From IMG/VR virus record IMGVR_UViG_2634166512_000005: a stretch of DNA of 62,539 nt, one strand, 5' to 3'. Positions 32,661-42,498 of the stretch are shown here, one piece after another (the first letter of the stretch is position 1; every line of letters begins with the position of its first letter). The notes under the pieces are model-generated. The model made no database searches, was not told the DNA's origin, and worked only from the letters and a program-made list of their open reading frames with translations. The translations under genes were made by a program, and so were the position numbers. The stretch is from a virus (lineage: Duplodnaviria; Heunggongvirae; Uroviricota; Caudoviricetes).

Positions 32661-34598
32661 TCAGCCGCCGGACGCACTGCCATAGTTCACTCCGGTGATC
32701 ACCGCCACCGCCGCGGTACGGCGACGACGCCAGTTGATCCAGCGCTCCGCACGGATGGCCACGCTGCCTGTCTGGAACATGGAAACCAGCTCCACCGGCG
32801 ACGGCGTGGTACTGTCGCCGGTCGGCTCAGACTGCATTTCCAGTGATGCCTCGCGGGACATATCCACTGCCACGCCGCCGTCATCCGCCAGATAAATATC
32901 CGGGGCATTCACCAGCACCAGCTGGTCACCCACGTACTGGGAGACAATCACCGGCAGCCCCTGGAAGGAGCCACCCAGCAGGGTCATGTCCGGGTATTCT
33001 TTCTGACCCAGCGCATTTTTACGCATGGACAGCGCCAGGGCATTGGTGCTGGACATCAGCCAGACCGCACCGGTGGGCTGCAGGTTTGCTGCAACAAACT
33101 GTCCAAACGCCGCCTCTGCATCCGCATCCGGGTTACCGCTTGAGGCCGTGCCCTTCACATCATGGGTGATGGACGCCGGGGAGACATCTGCCACCGCCGC
33201 TTTTTTCGGGTCCACAAAGTCTGTATCCAGACGCGCCACCACCGCTTCCGCCAGCGCATTACGGACCAGTGCATCAGCAGCCGGACTGGAAAAACGGATC
33301 AATTCTTCCGTCAGTACCGCAATGGCCGACACCTTCGCATGACTGAAGGTGATGGATTCAAAATCAAACTTCGTCAGGGGTTTTGCCTTACCCTCCCCCA
33401 CCCAGCCGGCAGCACCGCCCGACACCTGGGCGTGCACACGGATATTGAACGGCACCTGACGAAGTGCAGGGATCCCGCCCTGACCAAATCGCCCGATAAT
33501 GGTCTGAGGACGCAGGTAATCAATAAAGTCCTGTGCGTATTCCTGATATTCAGACAGGCTGCCTGCCCACTGCGGATCCGTGGTGGTCCCCGCGCCCACT
33601 GCCGATTTCAGGACATGATGCAGACGACTGTCATCCGGATACTGACGACGGGCCACTTCCAGGGCTTCAGAGCGGACACCTTTAGCCGCAGCCAGCGATT
33701 TGGCAAAACGTGCGAAACCAATCCCCTTATCCAGTTTCTGCTCCACACGGATCACCGGCGCAGAAGCCACCGCGGCCACATTCCCGTTACCGGCCTGTTT
33801 CACCGGCTGCGCCGTGGCGGCCTTACCGGCTTCCAGTTCACGCAGGCGCTTCAGGTGCGCATCCACCTGACGTATTTCCGCTGCGGTGTTGTCGTAATGC
33901 TCTTCCTCCTCCACATCCAGCGTGCGCCCTTCCTCTGCGGCTTTGGTCATGACCTCCTCAAGGGAGGCTGCCAGTGCTGCACGCTTGTTTTCAAAACTTT
34001 TAATCTGTTCGCCAATATTCATTATGGTCTTTTCCTTATGAAAAACGGTTGTTGACTGTGCCGCAGCGCCGGCAGAAGATGCGATTTTCACCACCGGTTT
34101 CCGGTTGCCGGACGCGGCAGAAAACTGGCGGTCGTAAGATTTAATGGTCCGGATGGTGCATTCCGCATTCGCGGGCACGGTGACGGCAGACACCTCCATC
34201 AGCTCCCAGCGCAGAAAATGCAGTCCGCCTCCGTCCAGAAAGGTGTATTCATGAGGACGGAAGCCCACGGACAGCCCCCTGACCAGCCCGGTCTTAATGG
34301 CCGCCCAGGCCTCATCCAGCCTGGCAGCCAGTTGCGATGGCATATCCGGCACGGGCTTCGCCAGTGTTGCCGTGATTTCCAGCCCTTCGCTGACCCGGCG
34401 CACCGTACACTGCCCCACCGGGCGGGAATGGTCATGCTGCCAGAGAAACGGGATCGCACTGCCAAACTCCGCGCCCTCCGGCTCCAGGATGTCACCATCC
34501 CGATCCGGAGAAGGCGTTGACGCAATCCCGGTGATCACCCGCTCATCCTCACTGAAGGATTTCACCGTCAGCAGGGAGCAGGCCCGTTTAAGAGTCAC
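32661..34598 (-). CDS. prohead protease - major capsid protein fusion (HK97 family)
   Basis: 645 aa; N-terminal protease-like region (GIASTPSPDRDGDIL...GFRP) and C-terminal capsid-like region. Confidence 0.7.
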   Translation of the reverse strand: MTLKRACSLLTVKSFSEDERVITGIASTPSPDRDGDILEPEGAEFGSAIPFLWQHDHSRPVGQCTVRRVSEGLEITATLAKPVPDMPSQLAARLDEAWAAIKTGLVRGLSVGFRPHEYTFLDGGGLHFLRWELMEVSAVTVPANAECTIRTIKSYDRQFSAASGNRKPVVKIASSAGAAAQSTTVFHKEKTIMNIGEQIKSFENKRAALAASLEEVMTKAAEEGRTLDVEEEEHYDNTAAEIRQVDAHLKRLRELEAGKAATAQPVKQAGNGNVAAVASAPVIRVEQKLDKGIGFARFAKSLAAAKGVRSEALEVARRQYPDDSRLHHVLKSAVGAGTTTDPQWAGSLSEYQEYAQDFIDYLRPQTIIGRFGQGGIPALRQVPFNIRVHAQVSGGAAGWVGEGKAKPLTKFDFESITFSHAKVSAIAVLTEELIRFSSPAADALVRNALAEAVVARLDTDFVDPKKAAVADVSPASITHDVKGTASSGNPDADAEAAFGQFVAANLQPTGAVWLMSSTNALALSMRKNALGQKEYPDMTLLGGSFQGLPVIVSQYVGDQLVLVNAPDIYLADDGGVAVDMSREASLEMQSEPTGDSTTPSPVELVSMFQTGSVAIRAERWINWRRRRTAAVAVITGVNYGSASGG

Positions 34599-34661
34599 AT
34601 CAGCCTCCTGAAAATAAAAAAACCGCCGCAGCGGTCCATGATGGTTACAGGGTGAACAGGG

Positions 34662-36323
34662 TTATATGAAAAAAACCGCATATTCTTTCTTTTTCGGCTC
34701 CGGATTCAGGGACATCAGGGATACCGCATTGAAGAGCGCCATCAGCGGGTCAATTTTCCCCCGTCCGCTGGCCTGTTTGGTAATAAGGATGGCGTTACCT
34801 TTCGGCTCCACCCGGGCATTGCCAACGCACCAGGCCATCAGTGGCTGACCACCATGCACCAGTACTCCCTCAGCCAGTTTGCGCTCGGTGGTTTTTATGG
34901 CCCCGCCCAGCTTCCAGCCCTGGCTTATCCCCACAACAATTCCGTCGGGGATCCCGGCTTCCGCCAGTGAATCCAGAATCTGCCCCACACCTGACGGGTC
35001 AATACCGATATGCTCCAGTAACTCAGCCTCATGAATACGACGCACATACTCCGCCACTTCCGCCGTGTCATCCCCGACCCGACGGACAATCGTCATGTCT
35101 CCACAGGCCACAAAATCCTGAAACCGGGATGCCTCACTCTTCCGTCTGACCACCGCGGTTTCATGCGCCCAGGCATGCCCCCAGCCCAGCCATTCGCGGG
35201 TTTCCCTGTCACGGCCAATCACGTACATTCCCAGCAGATCATCCAGGCCCCCGCCGTCAATCCCCACCGTCACCACATCAGCGCGCTGCAGGATATCGTC
35301 CAGGCTGACGCGCCTGCCCTGCTGCTCCCAGAAATCCGCACCCGTCCAGCGGTCAGAACGCAGGGCAAGACCAATTTCCACATTGGCATGTTTTGACATG
35401 AAGCCACGAAATGCTTCCTCACCAGCCTCCCGGGCTTTACGGTACTCCCGGTACAGAAAAGCCTCATCCACCGAATAACCGAGATTCGGATTGACCATGG
35501 CGAGGTTTTCCATCAGCAGGTGAGCCCCGCTTTCCACCATTTCAGGAGGGTGTTCAAATATCACCGGCAGAAAGTGCGGATCATGAATTTTGCCGTCACG
35601 GACATCCCGGGCGTACTGCAGTTTCTGTCTGAACACCCCGGCTGGCGGCTCATTCGACTGGGTGGTCGTATACACCACAAACCCTTCCGGGCGGGAGGCA
35701 AGGCCGCCTATGGCTTCACGTAACATGTCCTCCGCTTTGTACTGCTTGCCAAATAACCACAGTTCATCAATCAGCGTCCCCACGGACTTGATACCGGATA
35801 CCGTATTCGGGTCGGCAGCCACCACCTTAAGGGTGGTGTCCGTCACCCTGTGGGTGATGGTCCGGATATGTGTCTGCACCTGGCAGAGGTCATCCAGATC
35901 ATCGTCCCGTCGTACCATATCCCGCGCAGGATTAAAGGCGTTAGCCGCCACCTCCACGGTCGGGGCCAGAATGGTGTAGCCCGCCGCCTGCCGCCAGTTC
36001 AGTAACAGCGCCGTCATCATGATCCCGGCAGCCAGCGTGGACTTGCTGTTTTTCTTGGGGATAAGGATAAAAACTTCCTTGATATGGCGTACACCGGTCT
36101 GCGCATCGTAGGAGCCAAACAGGGCCGCCACCAGGTCAAACACCCACTGTGCGCAGGACTCCCCGAACGTCGGGCTGCCCGGTGCATCCACAATCCGCAG
36201 TTGTTTAAAAATCGCCAGGGCATGTGCGGCCTGCTCCGGATAAATCGGAGCCGGAATAATCGACAGCCCCTTTTTCAGGCGCTCTGCCCAGTCCGGGCAG
36301 GCCGTGCTCCACACAGGTATCAT
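34662..36323 (-). CDS. terminase large subunit
   Basis: 553-aa ORF overlapping the small-subunit stop. Confidence 0.85.
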   Translation of the reverse strand: MIPVWSTACPDWAERLKKGLSIIPAPIYPEQAAHALAIFKQLRIVDAPGSPTFGESCAQWVFDLVAALFGSYDAQTGVRHIKEVFILIPKKNSKSTLAAGIMMTALLLNWRQAAGYTILAPTVEVAANAFNPARDMVRRDDDLDDLCQVQTHIRTITHRVTDTTLKVVAADPNTVSGIKSVGTLIDELWLFGKQYKAEDMLREAIGGLASRPEGFVVYTTTQSNEPPAGVFRQKLQYARDVRDGKIHDPHFLPVIFEHPPEMVESGAHLLMENLAMVNPNLGYSVDEAFLYREYRKAREAGEEAFRGFMSKHANVEIGLALRSDRWTGADFWEQQGRRVSLDDILQRADVVTVGIDGGGLDDLLGMYVIGRDRETREWLGWGHAWAHETAVVRRKSEASRFQDFVACGDMTIVRRVGDDTAEVAEYVRRIHEAELLEHIGIDPSGVGQILDSLAEAGIPDGIVVGISQGWKLGGAIKTTERKLAEGVLVHGGQPLMAWCVGNARVEPKGNAILITKQASGRGKIDPLMALFNAVSLMSLNPEPKKKEYAVFFI

Positions 36324-36883
36324 CCGTTGCCCTCATTATCATTATTCACCACCAGTCGGGGTGGTGGTGGCACCGCAAAACGGTTAGCCGCTTTTTTCGC
36401 CGCGTCACCTTTTGCCGATTTTTTACCGGCATCCCCTTTTTTGTGGTGCGTGAACTGCGCCAGCTTATAAGCCGCATCCAGCGCCAGCCTGGGGTCGGTA
36501 TTAATGTTCTCCACCAGAAGACGCCCCATCGCTTTCACCGGATCGGGAAGACCGTCCTCCATATACTCAATACCAGGAGATATCACCACGGGCGGTGGCA
36601 TCTCCGGATTTGTTTCGTCCGGCTGTGGTATTGCAGCCGCCTCACGGCGACGGGGTTTATCCTCCTGCTCTGATTTTTTCTGCCGGTAAACAGGAACCTC
36701 ATCCACCTCCACCGTCTCGCACTGTTTACGGGCTATAAACGCAAGCACCTCCGGATCTTTTGCCAGCTGCGAGCCTTTAACCCTGGCTGTCTTCGCCGAA
36801 TAACCGGCGGCAATGGCTGACGCTGTTTTGTTTTTCCCGGACATGAGCGCCAGCGCAAATTTTCGTTTTTGCGTTGTCAGCAC
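36320..36883 (-). CDS. terminase small subunit
   Basis: 187 aa, basic/Pro-rich C-terminus. Confidence 0.7.
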   Translation of the reverse strand: MLTTQKRKFALALMSGKNKTASAIAAGYSAKTARVKGSQLAKDPEVLAFIARKQCETVEVDEVPVYRQKKSEQEDKPRRREAAAIPQPDETNPEMPPPVVISPGIEYMEDGLPDPVKAMGRLLVENINTDPRLALDAAYKLAQFTHHKKGDAGKKSAKGDAAKKAANRFAVPPPPRLVVNNDNEGNG

Positions 36884-36954
36884 AGCCTCCTCCCGGGTCC
36901 AGAACGCACTCAGCCGGGTATGGTTCAGCCCATTTTTCCCGGCGTCTCATGCCG

Positions 36955-37085
36955 CAAATGTTAACTGCTGCCTGGTTAACATTTGCTGAAAAAGCCAGTT
37001 AACATTTTTTCCACGCAACAAACTGAATAATAAAGATAAAAACCGCAAAAATGCCCGGGCAGCCAGTTAACATGTTAACTGGCCT
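36955..37085. repeat. cos/packaging-recognition-like repeats (CCAGTTAACAT x3-4)
   Basis: AATGTTAACTG, CCTGGTTAACATTT, GCCAGTTAACATTTTT, GCCAGTTAACATGTTAACTGGC between HNH and terminase genes. Confidence 0.45.
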
Positions 37086-37172
37086 GAAACGGGAATTTTT
37101 TCTCTGCGTGAGAGGGGGCGCGGTGTCCAAAGCGATCGTTTTTTACGCCGGATGATCCCCCCCCGGGTCGGG

Positions 37173-37538
37173 TTACAGTCCGATGATGTCGTCCGCTCTG
37201 CCACTACCTCCGGACACCTCCGGCAGCGTCGGGTCCGGCATACCACCCGCCGCTTCACGAGCAGACTTTTGTCGATGGCATTCGGTACAGAGCGTCCAGA
37301 GATTCGTCTCCTCATTACCACCACCGAACTGAAGTGCAATTCGGTGATCGAGTTCACTGTCACAGAGGTCAACCACACGACCACAGAGACAGCACTGCCC
37401 GGCGTCCCTGAGCCAGATATGACGCTTGAGGGAAACACGTGCACTGCCACTGACACGACGCTGTTCACCCTTCAGAATATTCACCCGTCGGGTATTCAGT
37501 GTTTTGATTCTGCTCTGGAGTGTACGAAGCTGAGCCAT
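37173..37538 (-). CDS. HNH endonuclease, packaging-associated
   Basis: CCLCGRVVD...LDHRIALQFGGGNEETNLWTLCTECH motif. Confidence 0.8.
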   Translation of the reverse strand: MAQLRTLQSRIKTLNTRRVNILKGEQRRVSGSARVSLKRHIWLRDAGQCCLCGRVVDLCDSELDHRIALQFGGGNEETNLWTLCTECHRQKSAREAAGGMPDPTLPEVSGGSGRADDIIGL

Positions 37539-37579
37539 GTAAAATCCCCGTCATATGGCAATCAGTAAAGGAAATAAAT

Positions 37580-37780
37580 ATGTCATCGAAAAACCGGACC
37601 CGCAGAACCACAACCCGCAATATCCGTTTCCCCAATCACATGATTGAACAGATCAACATCGCCCTTGAGCATAAAGGGTCCGGTAACTTTTCAGCGTGGG
37701 TTATTGAAGCCTGCAGGAGAAGGCTGGCAACAGATGCAACGCATCTGCGTCCGGCCAGCATGACAAATAACGAGAAATGA
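37580..37780 (+). CDS. ribbon-helix-helix (CopG/Arc-like) small DNA-binding protein
   Basis: MSSKNRTRRTTTRNIRFPNHMIEQINIALE...; RBS AAGGA; opposite strand to neighbours. Confidence 0.5.
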   Translation: MSSKNRTRRTTTRNIRFPNHMIEQINIALEHKGSGNFSAWVIEACRRRLATDATHLRPASMTNNEK

Positions 37781-37911
37781 ACGTTCGGTTACAGGAGCAG
37801 GTACCCACTGTCCTCCAACAATATTTCATCTTCATACCCGGCGGAACAAGACTTACCCAGCCGGGATGTACAGAATAACAACAGAGTGATAATTAATTTC
37901 TGATGAAATAA

Positions 37912-38244
37912 TCAGGGTGCAGAAGGACTAAAGATAAACGTTTTCTTCACGCCTTTACGCGGCCTGTCCTTCTCAAATCGCCATTTTGCCATCGCCTTTA
38001 CAACCTGCTCATCAAACAGATGGTGCGGCTCTGAACGGATAAACTCAATTCGGGTGACAGTACCATCAGCACCAATATCAAACTTCACATCAACCCGTCC
38101 CTTTATATAATTTGCCGCTGCATAGGCCGGATATTGTGGTAATGCCTTAACCAACTGTCGGGGCATATCTGTTTTATGTTGCGTACAGCCCATAACCAGA
38201 GAAGACAACAAAATAATTAACGGAAGATTTCTTTTCATTTTCAT
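37912..38244 (-). CDS. lipoprotein with TonB C-terminal-like domain
   Basis: signal peptide plus lipobox VMGC; C-terminal GRVDVKFDIGADGTVTRIEFIRSEP...KAMAKWRF resembles TonB_C; start could be 38238. Confidence 0.55.
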   Translation of the reverse strand: MKMKRNLPLIILLSSLVMGCTQHKTDMPRQLVKALPQYPAYAAANYIKGRVDVKFDIGADGTVTRIEFIRSEPHHLFDEQVVKAMAKWRFEKDRPRKGVKKTFIFSPSAP

Positions 38245-38574
38245 TCCCGGCACAGATAAGAATAAGTCTTATTCTAACAATGCCACCCTGTCAGTCATCA
38301 ATCCTCTGCTTAATGGCAACGACAATTATCCGACTTAAATCACAAATCAGACACATGACATAACAGAGCTTGCGAGGTAACACATCGTCCGGTTTCTTCC
38401 ACCATCGCACCGGACCAGCGACCATGAGGGGACAACGCCGCGCTCCGTTAACGCGGTAAACCCCGGTGTGTATCGTTTTTGATTATCCCCGCACACTCTC
38501 GCAGAGGAGTCTCCCTGTCGGGCTGCGGTCTCTGTTAATGCAGGAATACGGCGACGATACGGCGCATAGTTATG

Positions 38575-39120
38575 TCAGGCTGAAATGCCTTTATCAAATC
38601 CGGGTAACGCAATCTGCCCCTGCTGCTCCAGCCTGTCCAGCCTTGCCAGCAACTGAGGCTTCTTCACCCTGCCCCAGCGATTGAGCAAGCGACCTGACAT
38701 ACTGGCGACATCTTTCTCTTTCATGTATTCCAGCATGACTGCATTTCTCTCAGCTTCCAGGTGTGTTTTTCCCTGCATGATAAGTTCTGCCATCCAGTTG
38801 AAAGCCTGGATGTACGTAACCTTTATTTGCATCGCAGTCTTACCAGTAAACCCCATAACGACCAGCATGTAACCGTCTTTCGTCATGTTAAACATTGGCT
38901 GGACATCACCATTTTTATCAATAAAATCAGTAGGCTCAAAATTGAGCCGGGCAAAATCATCAGGACATTCAGAAATGGTTTGCCTGATCTTTCTTAATAC
39001 GTTCTTATGACTCTTACCAAAAAATTCCGCCACTTTAATACTCGTGGTCAGGACAGAGCCTCCCACTACCATAACCATGTCACGAAAATCAATGCCGTTA
39101 ACAACGGTAGAATATTTCAT
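38575..39120 (-). CDS. Rha-family anti-repressor
   Basis: N-terminal ...KNGDVQPMFNMTKDGYMLVVMGFTGKTAMQIKVTYIQAFNWM; start at ATG 39120. Confidence 0.7.
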   Translation of the reverse strand: MKYSTVVNGIDFRDMVMVVGGSVLTTSIKVAEFFGKSHKNVLRKIRQTISECPDDFARLNFEPTDFIDKNGDVQPMFNMTKDGYMLVVMGFTGKTAMQIKVTYIQAFNWMAELIMQGKTHLEAERNAVMLEYMKEKDVASMSGRLLNRWGRVKKPQLLARLDRLEQQGQIALPGFDKGISA

Positions 39121-39300
39121 AGCGTGTACCTGCTCTTTGAAATGAACCTTTGCCGCACAGGAAACCAGCCCACCGAGGCTCGCCAGCACTAACTGGTATC
39201 CTCAAAGGCTCATTCCAAAGGGGCAGGTTCGGTGGTTATCATGCGCTGCGGTGCGCGGTGAAATTCAGATATGAAAAAGCCAGCGATTAAGCAGGCTCTG

Positions 39301-39774
39301 TTAATTCAGGCACTGAGTGCGGATATATTCCTGAAGCGTTCTCAATGCGGCCTGATCGCTGATGATTCCGTCTCTGATACCGAGAACGTTTCGTCCAGCA
39401 ACTGGAGAGAGTTCGACGGAGGCATCATTGCCCACGCCGGAGGTGGTGGGGGCTTCACGCACGGTACCGGAGCTGGTGGCGTTGATCCGCAGGCGCTTAC
39501 GACCAGCGGCAACATCAGCACGCAGAGTTTCATTTTCAGCTCTCGCATCGGCTAATTCCCTCGAGTATTTTGCATCGAGCGCAGCAACATCGCGCTGGCG
39601 CACCTGCATATCAGTAATGGTTGCGTTTGCCTGCTCCAGCTCTCTGGCTTTTTTATCGCGCTGCGCTTTGTAGGTGATAGCGTTATCGCGGTAATGATTC
39701 AGCCCCAGACTAAGCGCACCACAGACCACCAGCAGAATAACGGTAAACGCGGAAAGCATTCGGTTTATGCTCAC
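39301..39774 (-). CDS. Rz: i-spanin Rz
   Basis: [45 protein letters not shown], lambda Rz-like. Confidence 0.9.
   Translation of the reverse strand: MSINRMLSAFTVILLVVCGALSLGLNHYRDNAITYKAQRDKKARELEQANATITDMQVRQRDVAALDAKYSRELADARAENETLRADVAAGRKRLRINATSSGTVREAPTTSGVGNDASVELSPVAGRNVLGIRDGIISDQAALRTLQEYIRTQCLN
39342..39533 (-). CDS. Rz1: o-spanin Rz1 lipoprotein, embedded in Rz
   Basis: [17 protein letters not shown] then Pro-rich; +1 frame inside Rz. Confidence 0.8.
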   Translation of the reverse strand: MKLCVLMLPLVVSACGSTPPAPVPCVKPPPPPAWAMMPPSNSLQLLDETFSVSETESSAIRPH

Positions 39775-39902
39775 CCCAGCAGCCCCGACGAAGATAACAT
39801 CATCCAGCCCATGGAAAGAAAAAGAGCAACCAGCATTAGTGAAAATGAAATGCCGACGATTACACAGAGGATCTTCGCCAGCATTATGAGTTTGTCTGAC
39901 AT
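39771..39902 (-). CDS. small hydrophobic membrane protein upstream of Rz
   Basis: 43 aa [43 protein letters not shown]; stop overlaps Rz start. Confidence 0.4.
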   Translation of the reverse strand: MSDKLIMLAKILCVIVGISFSLMLVALFLSMGWMMLSSSGLLG

Positions 39903-39916
39903 GTTTAATCCTCCCT

Positions 39917-40099
39917 TCACGATTTCAACGCAATGACCAGTTTTGCCAGCCCATACAGTATCGGAGACACAGCGATACCAACCGCCACCCACTTAATAGC
40001 AAAAGCCAGCGCTCTGCTGATGTCATCACTTACTGGCGCTTTCAGTTCAGGGCCGTTTTTCATAGTCAACCTCAACAGAATTCGTTTATACTTTTCCAT
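39917..40099 (-). CDS. small membrane protein between endolysin and Rz
   Basis: 60 aa from MEKYKRILL..., RBS AGGGAGAA; C-terminal hydrophobic helix. Confidence 0.45.
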   Translation of the reverse strand: MEKYKRILLRLTMKNGPELKAPVSDDISRALAFAIKWVAVGIAVSPILYGLAKLVIALKS

Positions 40100-40255
40100 G
40101 TTCTCCCTTGCCTTATCCAAGGTCAGAAACACAAAACCCCGCTTGCTGCCAACAAACGGGGTTTTTACTTTTATTCACTTAGGTTTTGCCAGTTCGCAGG
40201 ATTTCGTGTTATCCGTCCGCGTTGGCCAACGTCATTTTTCAGCAAAATATTCTGC

Positions 40256-40789
40256 TTATCTGTCGATTCCCCAGCACGCCAGCGCGCTCTCCTGGTCACG
40301 ACGGGATATCTGGCCGTAACAGTTGTTTGAGCGGATCCGGCAGTCTCTGCCACCGTCCTTAATCCACCAGCGAATCGCTTCACACGCTCCCCTGCGATCG
40401 CCTGCATTAATTCGTTTATAAAACGTCGACGGGAAACACTTACCGGGGCCAATGTTATACGGGCAGAATGACGCAATACCCGCTTTCTGGGGTTCAGTCA
40501 GTGGCACTTTGATGTTTTTCTCCACCCATGCCAGCGCCTTATCACGCTCAATGGCGTTAACCTGGTCGCATTTTTTCTTCGACAACTTCATGCCCGGGAC
40601 GACAGGTTTGCCATCCACCCTGGTGGCACCACGACAAATGGTCCAGATACCCGCACCATCACGGTATGCCGTGGTGTGGTTACCTTCTTTTTCATCCAGA
40701 AACTGGTCGAGAATATCAGGCGCAGGCGCCCCTGCGGCAATCAGCGCCAGAACGGCAGCCGACAGGCTGTATTTGATTTTGGTGTTCAT
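40256..40789 (-). CDS. R: SAR endolysin (phage 21 R-type lysozyme)
   Basis: 177 aa; N-terminal signal-anchor then lysozyme fold. Confidence 0.9.
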   Translation of the reverse strand: MNTKIKYSLSAAVLALIAAGAPAPDILDQFLDEKEGNHTTAYRDGAGIWTICRGATRVDGKPVVPGMKLSKKKCDQVNAIERDKALAWVEKNIKVPLTEPQKAGIASFCPYNIGPGKCFPSTFYKRINAGDRRGACEAIRWWIKDGGRDCRIRSNNCYGQISRRDQESALACWGIDR

Positions 40790-40919
40790 GGATATTTATC
40801 AGGATTTATCGGTTCCGAATCCCTGGATATGTTAAGCCTTCACCCCACCAGTGGTGGGCACTGGCGGGTTCTTAATTTCCCCGGATGATCGTGGATTACA
40901 TTCCACCAGGAGATTACTT

Positions 40920-41551
40920 ATGCTTATCTATCCAGCGGCAGACCTCCGTTTACAGGGACGCAGAGCACAACCATGGGATAAAACAACCACTCATAAATAT
41001 CGTCCCGGTCAATATTATGACTTTCGTAAACACCCGGAACTGATCGAGACACACCTTGAGGATTTTGTTGAATATTCAGACAGACAAGCGATTCAGACCT
41101 TTTTTCTTTTGTTAAGTGGATCAACAGCAATTCATCTGCATTCGAGAGCACGGACTGCATGTTTTCAGGAACACCAAAGGTTGATGAATACGCCCCGGTA
41201 TTTGGTTGCCCCCATGCGTCATCTGGCCGCTTCGAATTTTTGTTTCGCGATACGAAAATAAACCAAAATGAGCGAGCTGTCGGATGGGTACTTAACAAAC
41301 TATCGCTCTACCTTCAGAAAGAACGGCCCGATTTTTGTAAAGGAACCTTTGGCATCGTTCCCCTCATGACGGAATATACCGACTCCGGCGGTAACGAGTT
41401 CACCGGTTATCGTATTTGTGTCTATTTCGATGCTTACGGGAATGGAACAGAGGATACCTGGACTTCTCTCAACATCATGTTTGATGGCCTCATGAAAGCC
41501 ACCAAAAGAATGAGCAATGAAACAATCACTGGCGAGATGCGTCCCCTTTAA
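40920..41551 (+). CDS. opposite-strand cargo gene of unknown function between pinholin and endolysin; needs a frame change in a T-run near 41125
   Basis: ORFs 40851..41261 and 41159..41551 overlap in adjacent frames; RBS AGGAG before ATG 40920; plus-strand terminator at 41576-41598; no family recognised. Confidence 0.4.
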
Positions 41552-41575
41552 AAAATTATCCAGAATCTCACTATT

Positions 41576-41598
41576 TGCAGAGCGCTCTCTGTTTTTTT
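41576..41598 (+). terminator. Rho-independent terminator after the cargo gene
   Basis: CAGAGCGCTCTCTG followed by T7. Confidence 0.5.
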
Positions 41599-41788
41599 GA
41601 ATACGGAAACACTCTGCGAGATTTCTGCTCATCACTTTCCGACAATAATCGTCAAACGCAGCAAACTGCTCATCGCGGCGTTTGTTTGCATCTTCAGAAG
41701 GCATCAGCGCCGACAGTTTTTTATTCAGTTCAGCAATTTCATTTTCCAGACGACTGAAGCGCTGATTCATTTCTTCATGGTTCATCAC

Positions 41789-42004
41789 CTACTCTCCCCG
41801 TGCCGCCTTACGCCGGTCTTCTCTGATTTTGAAATACAGGTTCGTCAGATATGTCAGCAGCCCAAACAGCAGACTCCCCAGCACGCCTATTGCCGCCCAC
41901 TGAGACGGGGAAACCCTGTCCAGCAACTGCAGGAACCAGTAGCCCGTTCCCACCGCTGACGTGGTGTATGACACACCTGTTGTGATTTTTTCCATCTGGT
42001 ACAT
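41789..42004 (-). CDS. S: pinholin (phage 21 S-type)
   Basis: [71 protein letters not shown]. Confidence 0.9.
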   Translation of the reverse strand: MYQMEKITTGVSYTTSAVGTGYWFLQLLDRVSPSQWAAIGVLGSLLFGLLTYLTNLYFKIREDRRKAARGE

Positions 42005-42498
42005 ACCCCGTCTCCCGCAATCCGGAAGCTCACAACATGAAAAAGGCCGCCAGTGCTCCACTGACAGCCTCGTGTAGTTACTCTGAGTGCTCAACAATTC
42101 CCTGTAAAACGTGTTGACATTAAGAATCGCTTTTGTGTAGAAAATTTACCAATATAACAATAAAACCTCACCGCAGTTGCATTTCCACCAGAAGCATGAC
42201 GCATTTCTCCCTGTGCTTACTGGTGGATTTTTTTACCCCGCAAATACCGCTGACACATATTGATAATAAGAATATTTTTCATTTAAAAACACTCACTGCA
42301 CCATTTCTTCGGAGTGTCCATGGCGCTCCCCCACCAGTCGCTTACGGCAACTGGCGTTTTTTAATTTCTTACCGTTATTATTGACAACAGGAAGTGTTTT
42401 CATTAAAAAGAAGGCTCTGCACGAAAGAATCTTGCTTTTGTATTTCCATGGGTATTAGCACCGCCAGCGTCTATTCCTGTCGCTGGCGGCTTTTTTTA

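Noticed and set aside
41300-41785. 162-aa minus-strand ORF starting right after the pinholin stop
   Set aside because: Its first codons (ATG AAC) duplicate the start of R and its 3' half is antisense to the better-supported plus-strand cargo ORF; probably a fusion remnant, though translation of a short N-terminal product is not excluded.
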